Assembly (NCBI GenBank): GCA_040511595.1
Contig: JBEVGU010000006.1
Location: forward strand, 1-57,993
DNA length: 57,993 nt
Origin: Actinomycetota bacterium
Lineage (GTDB): Bacteria; Actinomycetota; UBA4738; HRBIN12
Reading direction: 5' to 3'
Shown here piece after piece: positions 49,014 through 57,993 of the stretch (within the stretch, counting starts at the first letter, position 1; each line of letters starts with the position of its first letter). The notes below the pieces were generated by a model. It was not told the origin of the DNA and searched no databases. It was given only the letters and a program-made list of their open reading frames with translations. Made by a program: the position numbers and the translations under genes.

Positions 49014-49218
49014 GCCGATCCGTGGCCGGCCGCGCGACGCGGGGCGCGCGTGATCGCCGCCACGAGCTCCTCCGGTCGGATCGGCTTCGTGATGGAGTCG
49101 TTCATGCCCGCCTCGAGGCAGCGCTCACGGTCGCCCTGCAACGCTTCGGCGGTCACGCCCACGATCCGGGGACGCTCGCCCTCGGGTCAACGCTCGAGGA
49201 TGCGCCGGGTCGCGTCCG
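49010..49218 (-). pseudogene. Remnant of a hybrid-kinase-type receiver domain
   Basis: Hand translation [50 protein letters not shown]; internal TGA at 49187-49189; N-terminal half absent. Confidence 0.75.
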
Positions 49219-49433
49219 ACCTGCATCGCCCTCCTCTCGCCGTGGGCCACCGGGCGAGGGTGGCGTCAGAGACGGGCGGAAGTCTCCCACGGCGGTCGGC
49301 CGCGGAGCAATGGTCATGCGCCGCGACCGAGGTCCTCCACGCTCTCAGGCGAGCCGACCGAGGCGATGCGATGCGTGGCGGAGGAGCGTCGTGGGTATGT
49401 GTTTCGCTATCGACGACCTGGGAGGGATGCGTC

Positions 49434-50003
49434 ATGGGATTGCTCGGCACGCTCGCGACGTTCGGCATCGGGTACGCGGCAGGCGCGGCGACCGGCCCCC
49501 GCCGCATGGAGCAGCTGCCTGCGCGGGTGCGGCAGGTCCTGCCCGGTCGCTCCGGCGGCACCGGCTCGGGCTCGACGGTCGACGTGCGGGAGATCCGCCA
49601 GGTCATGACCGCGGCTCCCCACACCGTCCGGACGACCGACACGCTGCAGGACGCTGCTCGCCTGATGAAGACCAACGACATCGGAGACGTGCTCGTGGAG
49701 GACGCCGTCGGGCGTCTCGCCGGCATCGTCACGGATCGTGACATCGCGATCCGGGCGACGGCTGAAGGCTCCGACCCGGTGAGCACGACCGTCGAGCAGG
49801 TGTACTCGCGCGATGTGACCGGGCTCGCGCCGACCGACACCGTGCACCACGCCGTCGAGCTGATGCGAGCCGGCAACGTGCGCCGCCTGCCTGTGGTCGA
49901 GAGTGGCAAGGCGATCGGCATCGTCTCGCTCGGCGACATCTCGGTCGAGACCACCCCCGACTCCCTGCTCGCCGACATCAGCACCGCCTCCCCCGACCGT
50001 TGA
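49434..50003 (+). CDS. CBS-pair protein with an N-terminal hydrophobic segment
   Basis: VMT..P, GIVTDRDI, VRRLPVV and GIVSLGD; SD GGAGG. Confidence 0.9.
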   Translation: MGLLGTLATFGIGYAAGAATGPRRMEQLPARVRQVLPGRSGGTGSGSTVDVREIRQVMTAAPHTVRTTDTLQDAARLMKTNDIGDVLVEDAVGRLAGIVTDRDIAIRATAEGSDPVSTTVEQVYSRDVTGLAPTDTVHHAVELMRAGNVRRLPVVESGKAIGIVSLGDISVETTPDSLLADISTASPDR

Positions 50004-50074
50004 GAGCGGAGAGGCTCAGGCCGGATCGCTCCCGGCTGGTTGCCGAACGGTTCCGTCTGCGGCACCATGTGCGG

Positions 50075-50323
50075 TACGAGAGGAAGGAGGTGGTCCTGCT
50101 TGCATACGAAGCTTGAGACCCTCGAGGTGATTGGCTGCTAGCCGTCCCTCGCGGGCCGGGGTTCACCTCCCCGCCCGCCGTGCCGGGCGACCGGCAGAAT
50201 CCAAACCAGTCACCGCCCCCACGTGCTCCGGCTGGTCTACCGGACGAAGTCTCGTCAGAGGCCGAAGTGCTCGTGGGGTGAGCGACAACCGAACGGGCCG
50301 GACCCACAGGTCCGGCCCGTTCG
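50075..50323 (+). ncRNA. Candidate structured RNA containing a 13-aa micro-ORF (50100-50141)
   Basis: TTGCCG-N17-CACCAT promoter, AAGGAGGTG SD, several nested helices and a terminal 15-bp hairpin. Confidence 0.6.
50290..50323. terminator. Intrinsic (likely bidirectional) terminator hairpin
   Basis: Perfect 15-bp stem CGAACGGGCCGGACC/GGTCCGGCCCGTTCG with a CACA loop, between convergent units. Confidence 0.8.
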
Positions 50324-50329
50324 CGTCCG

Positions 50330-52519
50330 TCAGTCGAGCAGGGCGTCGAAGGCCCGCAGCGTGTCGCTCAGCCGCTCCGCCAGCGTCCTCGCGAGCCATC
50401 GGTGCAGCGCGGCGGCGAGCTCCGGCTCCTCCGCCTCCAGCTGTTCGATCGAGGCCCGGCTGAGCCGCAGGACCACGCTCGGTTTCTCCGCGACCACGTC
50501 GGCCGTGCGCGGCACGCCGGTGTACATCGCGATCTCCCCGACCACCACACCCGGGCGCATCGCGCGCAGGCGCATCCGCGTTCCCTCCGGCGTCACCATC
50601 TCGACGCTCAGCCGCCCCGATTCCAGCACGAACACGTCGTCGGGTGGATCGTCCTGACGGATCAACGTCGTCCCCTCGGGGAGCGACATCCGTTCGAGGT
50701 AGGGCGCCAGGCGCTGCGGCAGGCCGGCGAGCGCCTCGCGCTGCCCGTCGGTGGCCCCGACGTGGTCGATGGAAGCGGAGACCATGTCGTGGAGCAGGCC
50801 GTCCTCGCACCGCTGCAGCCCGCGATCGAGGTCCGGCTCGAAGCTCACGATCCCGACGGAGGCTGTGACCCCGCCGAGCTTGAGCCGCCGTCGCACCGCC
50901 TCCGGCACGTCCGTCAGCACCAGCTCGAACCCGTTGCTTTCCGCGAGCTGGGCCGCCTTGCGGAAGGACATCGCCGCCGACGAGTCCATGCCCGTCACGC
51001 GCCGGAGGTCGATCAGCAGGAACCGCAGCCCCCCGCCTTCCACACGCTTCCGGATCTGCTCGAGCAATCCGTTCGACGTCCCGAAGAAGACGAACCCGTG
51101 CACGCGCAGGATCTGGACGTGCCCTCCGAGCGAGCGCAGCGCCTCGCGTTCGCCGGGCGGGCGGTCGACGTTGCTCCGGTACGTGTCGCCGAACGCCACC
51201 TCGTTCAGCTGTTCCAACCGGCTGTAGTTCACCGCGAAGAGCACGACCGCGAGTACGAGGCCGACCGCGACCCCGGGCAACAGGCCGCGAGCGATGATCG
51301 TCGCGAGGATCGCGAGTACGACCAGGTACTCGCTGGTCGGCAGCGCCCGCCGCTTGTCCCAGACCCACTCGACGATGAAGCCGAGGCCGACGAACACCAG
51401 CACGCCACCGACGATCAACCGGGGGATCAGCTCGATCATCGCCGCGCCGAACACGACGGCCGAGAGCGGGAGGAGCGCGGCGACGAGGCCGGCCGCGCGC
51501 GCGTCGATGCCCATCTGCTTCGCCAGCGCCGTCAGGCTGAGCGCGTGGTACCCGGGGATGCCGCCGAAGGCGCTGGAGACGACGTTGACGATCCCGGCGT
51601 CGCGGAGCTCCCGGTTCGTGTCGAGATCGGTGTGGCGGATCAGCTCGATGCCGCTCACGTTGAACAGGGCCGCGACCACGGCCACGAACACGGCGGTGGC
51701 GATGCCGGCGATCTGTGTGAGGACCGCCGACCAGTCGGCGGTCTCGAGGGCCTCGCGAACCGTCGAGGGTTCCCACAGCTGGCCCGAGGGAAACGGCCCG
51801 AGCAGCCAGAGCCCGTCTCGCACCTCGTCGAGCGACGAGCCCGTCACGAGCACGCCGATCGCGAACGCCGCCACCCCGATGCCGATGACCACCGGCACGA
51901 CGAGCGGCCGGTTCACCACCCGCGACGTGACGAGCAGGATCACGCCGAACACGAACGCCGGGACCCACAGCTCCAGCGCGTTCTGGCCGAGCAGGTCGCC
52001 GATCGAGCGCCAGTACACCTGGATGCTCGCGGCGACGCCGATGCCGCCCTTGAAGAGCAGCCACCCGGTTCCCGCGAGGAAGCCGCCCACGACGGGGTAG
52101 GGCACGTAGCGGACGAGGTTGCCGAGCTTGAACACCCCGAGCAGCGCGAACGTGATGCCGGTTGCGAGCGTCACGACCATCGTGGCGGCGACGACCGTGT
52201 GGAACGCCCGGTCGAGGCTCCCGAACGCGTCGAGGGCCGTGGTGGCTGCGACGACCGCGAGCACCGCGGCCGCCGCATCCTGCACGCTGCCGACCACGCC
52301 ACGGGTCCCCGCCCTCCAGGCGAGGATCGCGAGCGTCGCCGCCGCCGCGACCAGATACAGCCCGATGCCTCGCGAGAGGTAGTACGAGAGGTAGCCGCCG
52401 AACACGAGGGCCGCGAACGAGATGGCCAACACGACCTCGACGGCGCCGATCACCGCGCCGGAGGCGAGCGTCGCAAGCACCCGGGTGGATCGTCGTTGGT
52501 CGGACACGGTCCCCCTCAC
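50330..52519 (-). CDS. SulP/SLC26 anion transporter with STAS and cNMP-binding domains
   Basis: PYPVVGGFLAGTG, STAS HGFVFFGT...MDSSA and VGEIAMYTGVPRTADV; start at 52519 or 52507. Confidence 0.93.
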   Translation of the reverse strand: MRGTVSDQRRSTRVLATLASGAVIGAVEVVLAISFAALVFGGYLSYYLSRGIGLYLVAAAATLAILAWRAGTRGVVGSVQDAAAAVLAVVAATTALDAFGSLDRAFHTVVAATMVVTLATGITFALLGVFKLGNLVRYVPYPVVGGFLAGTGWLLFKGGIGVAASIQVYWRSIGDLLGQNALELWVPAFVFGVILLVTSRVVNRPLVVPVVIGIGVAAFAIGVLVTGSSLDEVRDGLWLLGPFPSGQLWEPSTVREALETADWSAVLTQIAGIATAVFVAVVAALFNVSGIELIRHTDLDTNRELRDAGIVNVVSSAFGGIPGYHALSLTALAKQMGIDARAAGLVAALLPLSAVVFGAAMIELIPRLIVGGVLVFVGLGFIVEWVWDKRRALPTSEYLVVLAILATIIARGLLPGVAVGLVLAVVLFAVNYSRLEQLNEVAFGDTYRSNVDRPPGEREALRSLGGHVQILRVHGFVFFGTSNGLLEQIRKRVEGGGLRFLLIDLRRVTGMDSSAAMSFRKAAQLAESNGFELVLTDVPEAVRRRLKLGGVTASVGIVSFEPDLDRGLQRCEDGLLHDMVSASIDHVGATDGQREALAGLPQRLAPYLERMSLPEGTTLIRQDDPPDDVFVLESGRLSVEMVTPEGTRMRLRAMRPGVVVGEIAMYTGVPRTADVVAEKPSVVLRLSRASIEQLEAEEPELAAALHRWLARTLAERLSDTLRAFDALLD

Positions 52520-52627
52520 CGCGCCTGCGTGGCACGCCTGGTGCGAGAACCCTAGTCCGCGGGCGGCGGGCCGCGCCAGGGGCCTCGCGCTCCGTCACCT
52601 CGTGGTAGACCACTCGAAGGGGGAGCG

Positions 52628-52759
52628 ATGCGTATCGGGCGCTGGGACATCCGCCCGCTCGGCGGAGGCTGGGGTTGCCTAGCCATGATCCTGTTCTCGT
52701 TGATCGCGTCGATCGTGCTGACCGTGCTCCTGAACGTGTGCGTCCAGTCGGTGAGGTAA
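52628..52759 (+). CDS. 43-aa single-TM small protein, below the ORF-track cut-off
   Basis: MRIGRWDIRPLGGGWGCLAMILFSLIASIVLTVLLNVCVQSVR; SD GAAGGGGGAG. Confidence 0.7.
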   Translation: MRIGRWDIRPLGGGWGCLAMILFSLIASIVLTVLLNVCVQSVR

Positions 52760-52785
52760 CGACACGGTCGGCCGCCCCGGAAAGT

Positions 52786-52823
52786 GAGAAACCGCCGGAA
52801 CCCGAGGGCCCCAACGGTTTCTC
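52786..52823 (-). terminator. Minus-strand hairpin/terminator
   Basis: 17-bp stem whose four G-U pairs form only in the minus-strand RNA; followed by ACTTT. Confidence 0.65.
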
Positions 52824-52931
52824 GTGACGGACCATACGGTGGCGTCGGGGAAGGCGTCAAGTGCAGACGTCCATCTTGTCACTCTTCCTTCGCTGGTGCC
52901 CCTGGGCCCCGGATTGAGCGGCTCCCGCCAC

Positions 52932-55900
52932 TCACGCGTCCGTGGGGTCGAGCAACGTGCGCGCCTCGACCAGATCGGCAACGTCGAACCCCTCGGTGAA
53001 CGTCCCGTACACGGTCCGCAGCGCCTCGCGTTCTTCCTCCCATGACCCCCCCGAGTCCCGTCGCAGTCGGGCGAGCCTGGTGGCGGCTCGAAGCTGTGTC
53101 ATGCGAGCGCCCGCCGCGCGGGCGACGTCGAGGGCGTGTCGATACCACTCCTCGGCATCGCCTCGGTCGGGGGCGGCGACGAGGAGGTCGCCCTTCACGA
53201 TCGGAAGCTCCGGATAGAGGACGTTGACGCGGCCACCCATCAGCTCGATCGCTCCGTCGATCGCTTCCAGGCCGTCGGCCGGCCGACCCGCCATGTCGAA
53301 CCCCTTCGCCCGCACCGACAGCAACAGCGGCCAGAACACCGGCGGCGTCGTCAGGTCCTGATACAGGTCGATGCCTCGATCGCTGAGGGCGAGACCTTCG
53401 TCGTGCCGGCCGAACGCCGTCATCGACACGCCCTGGAAGATCAAGGCGAGCGCCTGCCAGACCTGGTAGTCGTGCACCTCGGCGATCTGCAGCACCTCGC
53501 TCGCCCGTTCGTGGACGAGCTCCCAGTCGCGGCGCCACAGGTCGAGCAGCGCCACGTGGAACAGCGCGTAGGCGATCGTGAAGGGATGCTCCAGCTCCGC
53601 CGCACGCTGCAGCCCGCCCGCGCCACGATGGACCGCCTGTTCGGGGTAGCCGATCGCCCACAGCGCGAGTGCCGACGTCGTGTAGGGCACGACGGCCGGG
53701 CTCGCCCCCAGACGGAAGCGACCCGACACGTGCCGGTGGCTGTCGAACAGGCTGATGGCCCGGTCCAGATGGTCCAGGCCCTCGACGACGTTGCCGAGCG
53801 ACACGAGGTTCGAGCCGATCCTCAGGTGCCCCTCCGCCTGCAGGCCCGCGTCGTGTTGTTGCTCGGCCAGATCGAGGAGCTGCCTGCCCATCGAAACACC
53901 CTTGTCGAACTCTCCCCGATAGAGGTGGAAGCTCGCGAGGCTCCGCAAGACGGGAAGCATCTCCGACGGGGCGCCGGCCTCTTCCAGCAGCGCGAGGGCG
54001 CGGTTGTAGGTTTCCTCGACCTCGCCGGAATACCCGCGGAGAGCCATCAGCCCTCTGGCGAGGCTCGTGCGGAGCGTGATCTCCTCGCGCGCGCGATCGA
54101 CCGTCGCCGGGCTGGTGGACAGCACGGCGAGGAGGTCGTTCGTGAGGTCGACGGCTCCGTGGTACCAGCCGCGGTCGTCATGCAGGGCCCAAAGACCGTC
54201 GAGCAGCATGTCGAGCCGTTCGAGGTCGCCGGTGTCGACCCAGTGGCGCCACGCCACCTGGAGGTTGCCCAGATCGGCTCCCAGCTCGTCCAGCGCCGAT
54301 GCCCGGTCCGGGCCGGAGAGGTGCCGACGTCGCTCGTGCGCGACCTCGGAGAAGTACGTGGCGTGTGCGCGGGCGACCGCCTCGCGGAGCTCGGGGTCCT
54401 CGTCGAGCCGCCCGGCCGCGTAGTCCCGGATCGTCTCGAGCATCGACAGCCGCCGGTGGCCGCCCTCGTCGATGCTGCGGAGCAGGCTCTTGCCCACGAG
54501 CGACCCGAGTCGGTCGACGACGGCGCTGTCTCGGAGATCGTCGAGCCGGGCGGCCACCGCCTCCACGGCCTCGATCCGCGCCGACGAGAACGTCGAGAAC
54601 ATCCGGAAGACGGCTCGTTCCTCGGGGTCGAGCAGACGCTCGCTCCACTCGATCGTACTGCGGAGCGTCTGCTGGCGGGCAGGCAGGTCGCGCGTCCCGG
54701 CGCCGAGGGCGTCGACGTGGTGGCGCAGACGATCTCGGAGCTCGTGCGGTGAGAACAACGCCAGTCGCGCCGCTGCCAACTCGATCGCGAGCGGCAGGCC
54801 ATCGAGTCGGGTACACGTCTCGACGACCGCCGCGGCATCGCCGTCGGTCAGCTCGAATCCGGGCCGTGCCTCGCGCGCCCGCTCGACGAACAGGTTCACC
54901 GCCTCGGAATCGGCGAGCATCGCCGCGGACGCCGGCTCGCGGGTCGGCTCCGGAAGGCTCAATGAAGGCACGTCGAAGTGGCGTTCTCCCCTGACCCGCA
55001 GCGCTTCTCGGCTCGTTACGAGGACCTGCAGCTCGGGACACGCCTGCAACAGACCGGAGATCCCCTCCGCGGCATCGATCACCTGCTCGAGGTTGTCGAG
55101 CACGAGCAGCACACGACGCGCGCCGAGGTGCTCCTCGAGGATCTCGAGCGACGACTGGGAGCTGGCCCCGCTCGCACCGACAGCGCGGGCGACCGCGTCG
55201 AACGCGGCGCCCGCATCGTGCACCGACGACAGATCGACGAAGTACAAGCCGTCGGTCGAGCGCTCCGCCTGTTCGGCGGCAGCCTGGAGCGCCAGCCTCG
55301 TCTTGCCGATGCCGCCGGGCCCGAGAAGCGTCAACAGCCTCACGCCCGGTTCGTTCAGGAGTTCGCTGAGCGCTCGGAGCTCCGCGTTCCGGCCCACGAA
55401 CCCGGACGTCTGCGTCGGCAGGTTGTTCGGGCGGTGGGTGAGTGTCGACGGGGGAGGGAAATCGGCCTGCAGCAGCGGATGCTCGACCTGGAAGATCCGC
55501 TCGGGTTCCAGGAGGTCCTTGAGCCGGTGCTGACCGAGGTCGCGCAGGGACACGGCCTCCGGCAGGGCGTGATCGACGAGGCGCTTGACGCTGTCCGAGA
55601 CGAGCACCTGACCGCCGTGGCCGGCCGCGGCGATCCTGGCCGCCCGGTGTACGTCGACCCCGACGTAGGATCCTCCGCCGATCCGGCCGTCGCCCGTGTG
55701 CAGCCCCATCCGCACACGGACGCGGCCGTCCTCGGGCCACGGATGCGCCTCGATCCCGCGCTGGGCCTCGATCGCGGCTCCCAGCGCTGACGGAGCCGCG
55801 GGGAACACCACGAAGAAGGAGTCGCCCTCGGTGCCGACGACCACGCCGTCACCGGCGTCGAAGGCCGTGCGAAGGATGCGGTGATGATGCTCGAGGAGCT

Positions 55901-56003
55901 CCGGATAGTCGTCGCCGAATTGCTGAACGAGCCGAGTGCTCCCCTGGATGTCGCTGAACAGGAACGTCACGGTCCCGGTCGGCAGGTCACCCGTCTCGAT
56001 CAC
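52932..56003 (-). CDS. Class III adenylate/guanylate cyclase - NB-ARC/STAND ATPase - TPR protein
   Basis: LFSDIQGST, GDSF, RMGLHTG; Walker A GPGGIGKT; LDNLE; LDGLPLAIELAAAR; helical repeats. Confidence 0.93.
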   Translation of the reverse strand: MIETGDLPTGTVTFLFSDIQGSTRLVQQFGDDYPELLEHHHRILRTAFDAGDGVVVGTEGDSFFVVFPAAPSALGAAIEAQRGIEAHPWPEDGRVRVRMGLHTGDGRIGGGSYVGVDVHRAARIAAAGHGGQVLVSDSVKRLVDHALPEAVSLRDLGQHRLKDLLEPERIFQVEHPLLQADFPPPSTLTHRPNNLPTQTSGFVGRNAELRALSELLNEPGVRLLTLLGPGGIGKTRLALQAAAEQAERSTDGLYFVDLSSVHDAGAAFDAVARAVGASGASSQSSLEILEEHLGARRVLLVLDNLEQVIDAAEGISGLLQACPELQVLVTSREALRVRGERHFDVPSLSLPEPTREPASAAMLADSEAVNLFVERAREARPGFELTDGDAAAVVETCTRLDGLPLAIELAAARLALFSPHELRDRLRHHVDALGAGTRDLPARQQTLRSTIEWSERLLDPEERAVFRMFSTFSSARIEAVEAVAARLDDLRDSAVVDRLGSLVGKSLLRSIDEGGHRRLSMLETIRDYAAGRLDEDPELREAVARAHATYFSEVAHERRRHLSGPDRASALDELGADLGNLQVAWRHWVDTGDLERLDMLLDGLWALHDDRGWYHGAVDLTNDLLAVLSTSPATVDRAREEITLRTSLARGLMALRGYSGEVEETYNRALALLEEAGAPSEMLPVLRSLASFHLYRGEFDKGVSMGRQLLDLAEQQHDAGLQAEGHLRIGSNLVSLGNVVEGLDHLDRAISLFDSHRHVSGRFRLGASPAVVPYTTSALALWAIGYPEQAVHRGAGGLQRAAELEHPFTIAYALFHVALLDLWRRDWELVHERASEVLQIAEVHDYQVWQALALIFQGVSMTAFGRHDEGLALSDRGIDLYQDLTTPPVFWPLLLSVRAKGFDMAGRPADGLEAIDGAIELMGGRVNVLYPELPIVKGDLLVAAPDRGDAEEWYRHALDVARAAGARMTQLRAATRLARLRRDSGGSWEEEREALRTVYGTFTEGFDVADLVEARTLLDPTDA

Positions 56004-56177
56004 ACGCCATCATGGCCCACACGCTTCGGTCGATGCACCCCCCGTCGTCGTGCCCTCGACGGGCGCATCGATGGCGGGGCCCGGCCGTTCGGCGGGAACG
56101 GATATCGGCCGAAAGTCCGAGTTTGGAGACCGTTGCCGTGCGGGTACACCCGAGCCACGCCTCGGAAGGAGGACCAG

Positions 56178-56441
56178 ATGAGTCGTACCACTGGAACGAG
56201 CATCTTGGTGCTGGGGATCGTGCTGGGTGTCGTCGGCGCGATCATGTACTGGGCCATCACGGCGAAGACGGACGGCTTCGACATCAACACGGCCGGCCTG
56301 ATCCTGTTCTGGGTCGGTGTCGTGACTGCGGTGATCGGACTCGTATTGACGTTCATGGGAAGTCGCTCCACGACGGTCCGTCGCGGAGACGCCCTCGACG
56401 GGGGCCGCTACGAGTACGAGGAGGAGCACCGCTCCATCTGA
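56178..56441 (+). CDS. Small two-TM membrane protein (DUF6458-like)
   Basis: SD GAAGGAGG; GAIMYWAI...GFDINTAGLIL. Confidence 0.8.
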   Translation: MSRTTGTSILVLGIVLGVVGAIMYWAITAKTDGFDINTAGLILFWVGVVTAVIGLVLTFMGSRSTTVRRGDALDGGRYEYEEEHRSI

Positions 56442-56459
56442 CTCGGTCGGATCGAACCG

Positions 56460-56488
56460 GGAGCCGCCGGAGCAGATCCGGCGGCTCC
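56460..56488 (+). terminator. Hairpin downstream of the small membrane gene
   Basis: 12-bp stem GGAGCCGCCGGA/TCCGGCGGCTCC with a 5-nt loop. Confidence 0.6.
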
Positions 56489-56546
56489 TGCCATGTCCTG
56501 AGCTCGACGCCGTCCCGCGTAAGCTCGAGGACATGAGGGCGACCTC

Positions 56547-57194
56547 ATGACGACCGGTTCCGCGCCGTCGCGCGCCGACGGGCCGCTCCTGCTCGCCGAC
56601 ATCAGCGGCTACACATCGTTCCTGAAGGACGTGACCGACGCACATCGCGATGATGCGTTCGCTGACGGAGCCGTCCCCGACGCGTACGCAATGATGTCCG
56701 ACCTGCTCGACGGCATCGTGGGGCGGGTCGTGCCCCCCTTCACGCTCGCGAAGCTCGAGGGCGATGCCGTGTTCGTCTACGCCACCGACCCGGATGCGGT
56801 CCCGACCGCTCGATCGATGCTCGACTGCCTCACGGCGTGTCACGCGGACTTCCGTCGACGTCTGGACTCGGCGCATCAGATCTGGACCTGCCGCTGCGAT
56901 GCCTGTGCGAGGATCGATGCCCTCGACCTCAAGTTCGTCCTGCACGAGGGATCGTTCGTGATCCAGTCGATCGCGGGAGGGCAGGAGCTCGTGGGCTCGG
57001 AAGTGGTGATGGCCCACCGACTCCTGAAGACGGGGGCGGCCGCGCTGGTGGGCAGCGATGCCTACATCCTCATCACCGCGGACGCCGTCAGCCGGTTCGA
57101 TGTGCCGACAGACGGCAGCGCCGAGCTCGTCGAGACCTACGAACCCTACCCGCCCGTCCACGCTCGGGTGTATCCCCTCCGCACCACACGTTGA
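56547..57194 (+). CDS. DUF2652 protein (class III cyclase-like fold)
   Basis: ADISGYT, KLEGDA, CRCDAC, LKFVLHEG and HRLLK. Confidence 0.9.
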   Translation: MTTGSAPSRADGPLLLADISGYTSFLKDVTDAHRDDAFADGAVPDAYAMMSDLLDGIVGRVVPPFTLAKLEGDAVFVYATDPDAVPTARSMLDCLTACHADFRRRLDSAHQIWTCRCDACARIDALDLKFVLHEGSFVIQSIAGGQELVGSEVVMAHRLLKTGAAALVGSDAYILITADAVSRFDVPTDGSAELVETYEPYPPVHARVYPLRTTR

Positions 57195-57391
57195 TGGCGC
57201 CCGCACGAGGTGCGGGACCGCCCTCACCCCGTTGGCGCCCAGGACGGCCGTGCTCGTGTTCAACCACATGTGGCACGCGTCACCGACTGTCGGTTCGGCT
57301 GACGGCCACGCTGCACAGGGCAGTCCGGCCCACGCGCTTCCGCGACAAATGTGGTGTGCTGGATGTGTCGAGCGATGGAAGGAGGCTCTCG

Positions 57392-57742
57392 ATGGCAGAG
57401 CAGATGGGCGACGTGCAGAAGACGATCGAGCAGGCGAAGGACGCGCTGACCGTCCGTCGCGTGTTCGGCGATCCGTACGAGAAGAACGGCGTCACGGTGA
57501 TCCCGGCCGCCCGGGTCCAGGGCGGGGCCGGCGGAGGCGACGGCACCGGGCCGGAAGGCGGAGGCAAGGGCAGCGGCTTCGGCTTGAGCGCGCGGCCCGC
57601 CGGCGCGTACGTGATCCACGGCGACGAGGTCGACTGGCGTCCCGCCGTGGACCCGAACAGGGTCGTGATCGGTGCGGCGATCGTCGCGTTCGCCGCCCTC
57701 ATGGTCGCGCGGACCGCGATCAAGGCCCGAGCGGCCACCTAG
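57392..57742 (+). CDS. YtfJ/GerW-family protein
   Basis: VFGDP...VTVIPAA, GGAGGG and GSGFG...RPAG; SD GAAGGAGG. Confidence 0.85.
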   Translation: MAEQMGDVQKTIEQAKDALTVRRVFGDPYEKNGVTVIPAARVQGGAGGGDGTGPEGGGKGSGFGLSARPAGAYVIHGDEVDWRPAVDPNRVVIGAAIVAFAALMVARTAIKARAAT

Positions 57743-57821
57743 AGCGGCTAGAGCGGCTCCCAGAGCAAGAGGCGCCGCGAGGTCGCCACGTCGAGCGCTG
57801 CCGGCCTGACAAGCTGGGCGC

Positions 57822-57993
57822 GTGGACCTCGACCATGGCGCCGGGCTGCTGCACCGGCTGACGTCGTACAGCCCCGAGCGCGAGTGGGACGTGCCCGCCG
57901 ACGACCCGCGGCTGCGGCACGACCTCGTGCCGAACGACCCGACGACGCTGCCCCCGCAGGTCAAGGAGTACCGAGCGGAGCTGGCGGTCACGC
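57822..57993 (+). CDS. N-terminus of a probable SagB/nitroreductase-family protein (runs off the window)
   Basis: Open frame VDLDHGAGLLHRLTSYSPEREWDVPADDPRL...PPQVKEY; family assignment is from memory of similar N-termini only. Confidence 0.5.
   Translation, partial: MDLDHGAGLLHRLTSYSPEREWDVPADDPRLRHDLVPNDPTTLPPQVKEYRAELAVT

Noticed and set aside
49187-49189. In-frame TGA as selenocysteine or a recoded codon
   Set aside because: It falls at a likely Trp position of a receiver domain that also lacks its N-terminal half, so it is better explained as a nonsense mutation.
52932-56003. STAND ATPase as an Avs-type anti-phage system
   Set aside because: The cyclase-NB-ARC-TPR architecture is a common actinobacterial signalling type, with no nuclease/TIR/SIR2 effector and no defence-island context.
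57262-57283. CCACATGTGG palindrome and weak CRP-like box upstream of ytfJ
   Set aside because: It is short and mismatched, with no positional support, and could arise by chance.

Overview
This is a very GC-rich chromosomal window from a bacterium, most likely an Actinomycetota member, judged from leaderless TAnnnT promoters, Eis, RqlH, split LigD and DUF4126. It holds about 50 housekeeping and accessory genes. I found no rRNA, tRNA, CRISPR array, transposase or prophage. Recognisable blocks are a cyanophycin locus (cphB-cphA plus a convergent CphA-like protein lacking the ATP-grasp domain), split NHEJ LigD polymerase and ligase genes, many cyclic-nucleotide signalling genes, a BHMT-methyltransferase-KimA-like operon, a two-component system and several gene remnants. 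The best candidate for an undescribed system is the operon at 27604-29997. It encodes an 82-aa peptide with a leader-like N-terminus and ten D(G/A)DGT-type repeats, translationally coupled to a JmjC/ROX-type 2-oxoglutarate oxygenase, followed by a sucrase-ferredoxin 2Fe-2S protein. This resembles a RiPP-like, possibly beta-hydroxyaspartate, metal-binding peptide system. Other notable items are a probable hidden selenoprotein (KPG-UGA-GSRN with a SECIS-like hairpin, 4742-4775), a highly structured ~250-nt RNA containing a 13-aa micro-ORF (50075-50323), an ammonia-lyase without the MIO tripeptide, and tandem CRP boxes at class II spacing next to a Crp gene. All family calls come from motifs read by eye; no database search was run.
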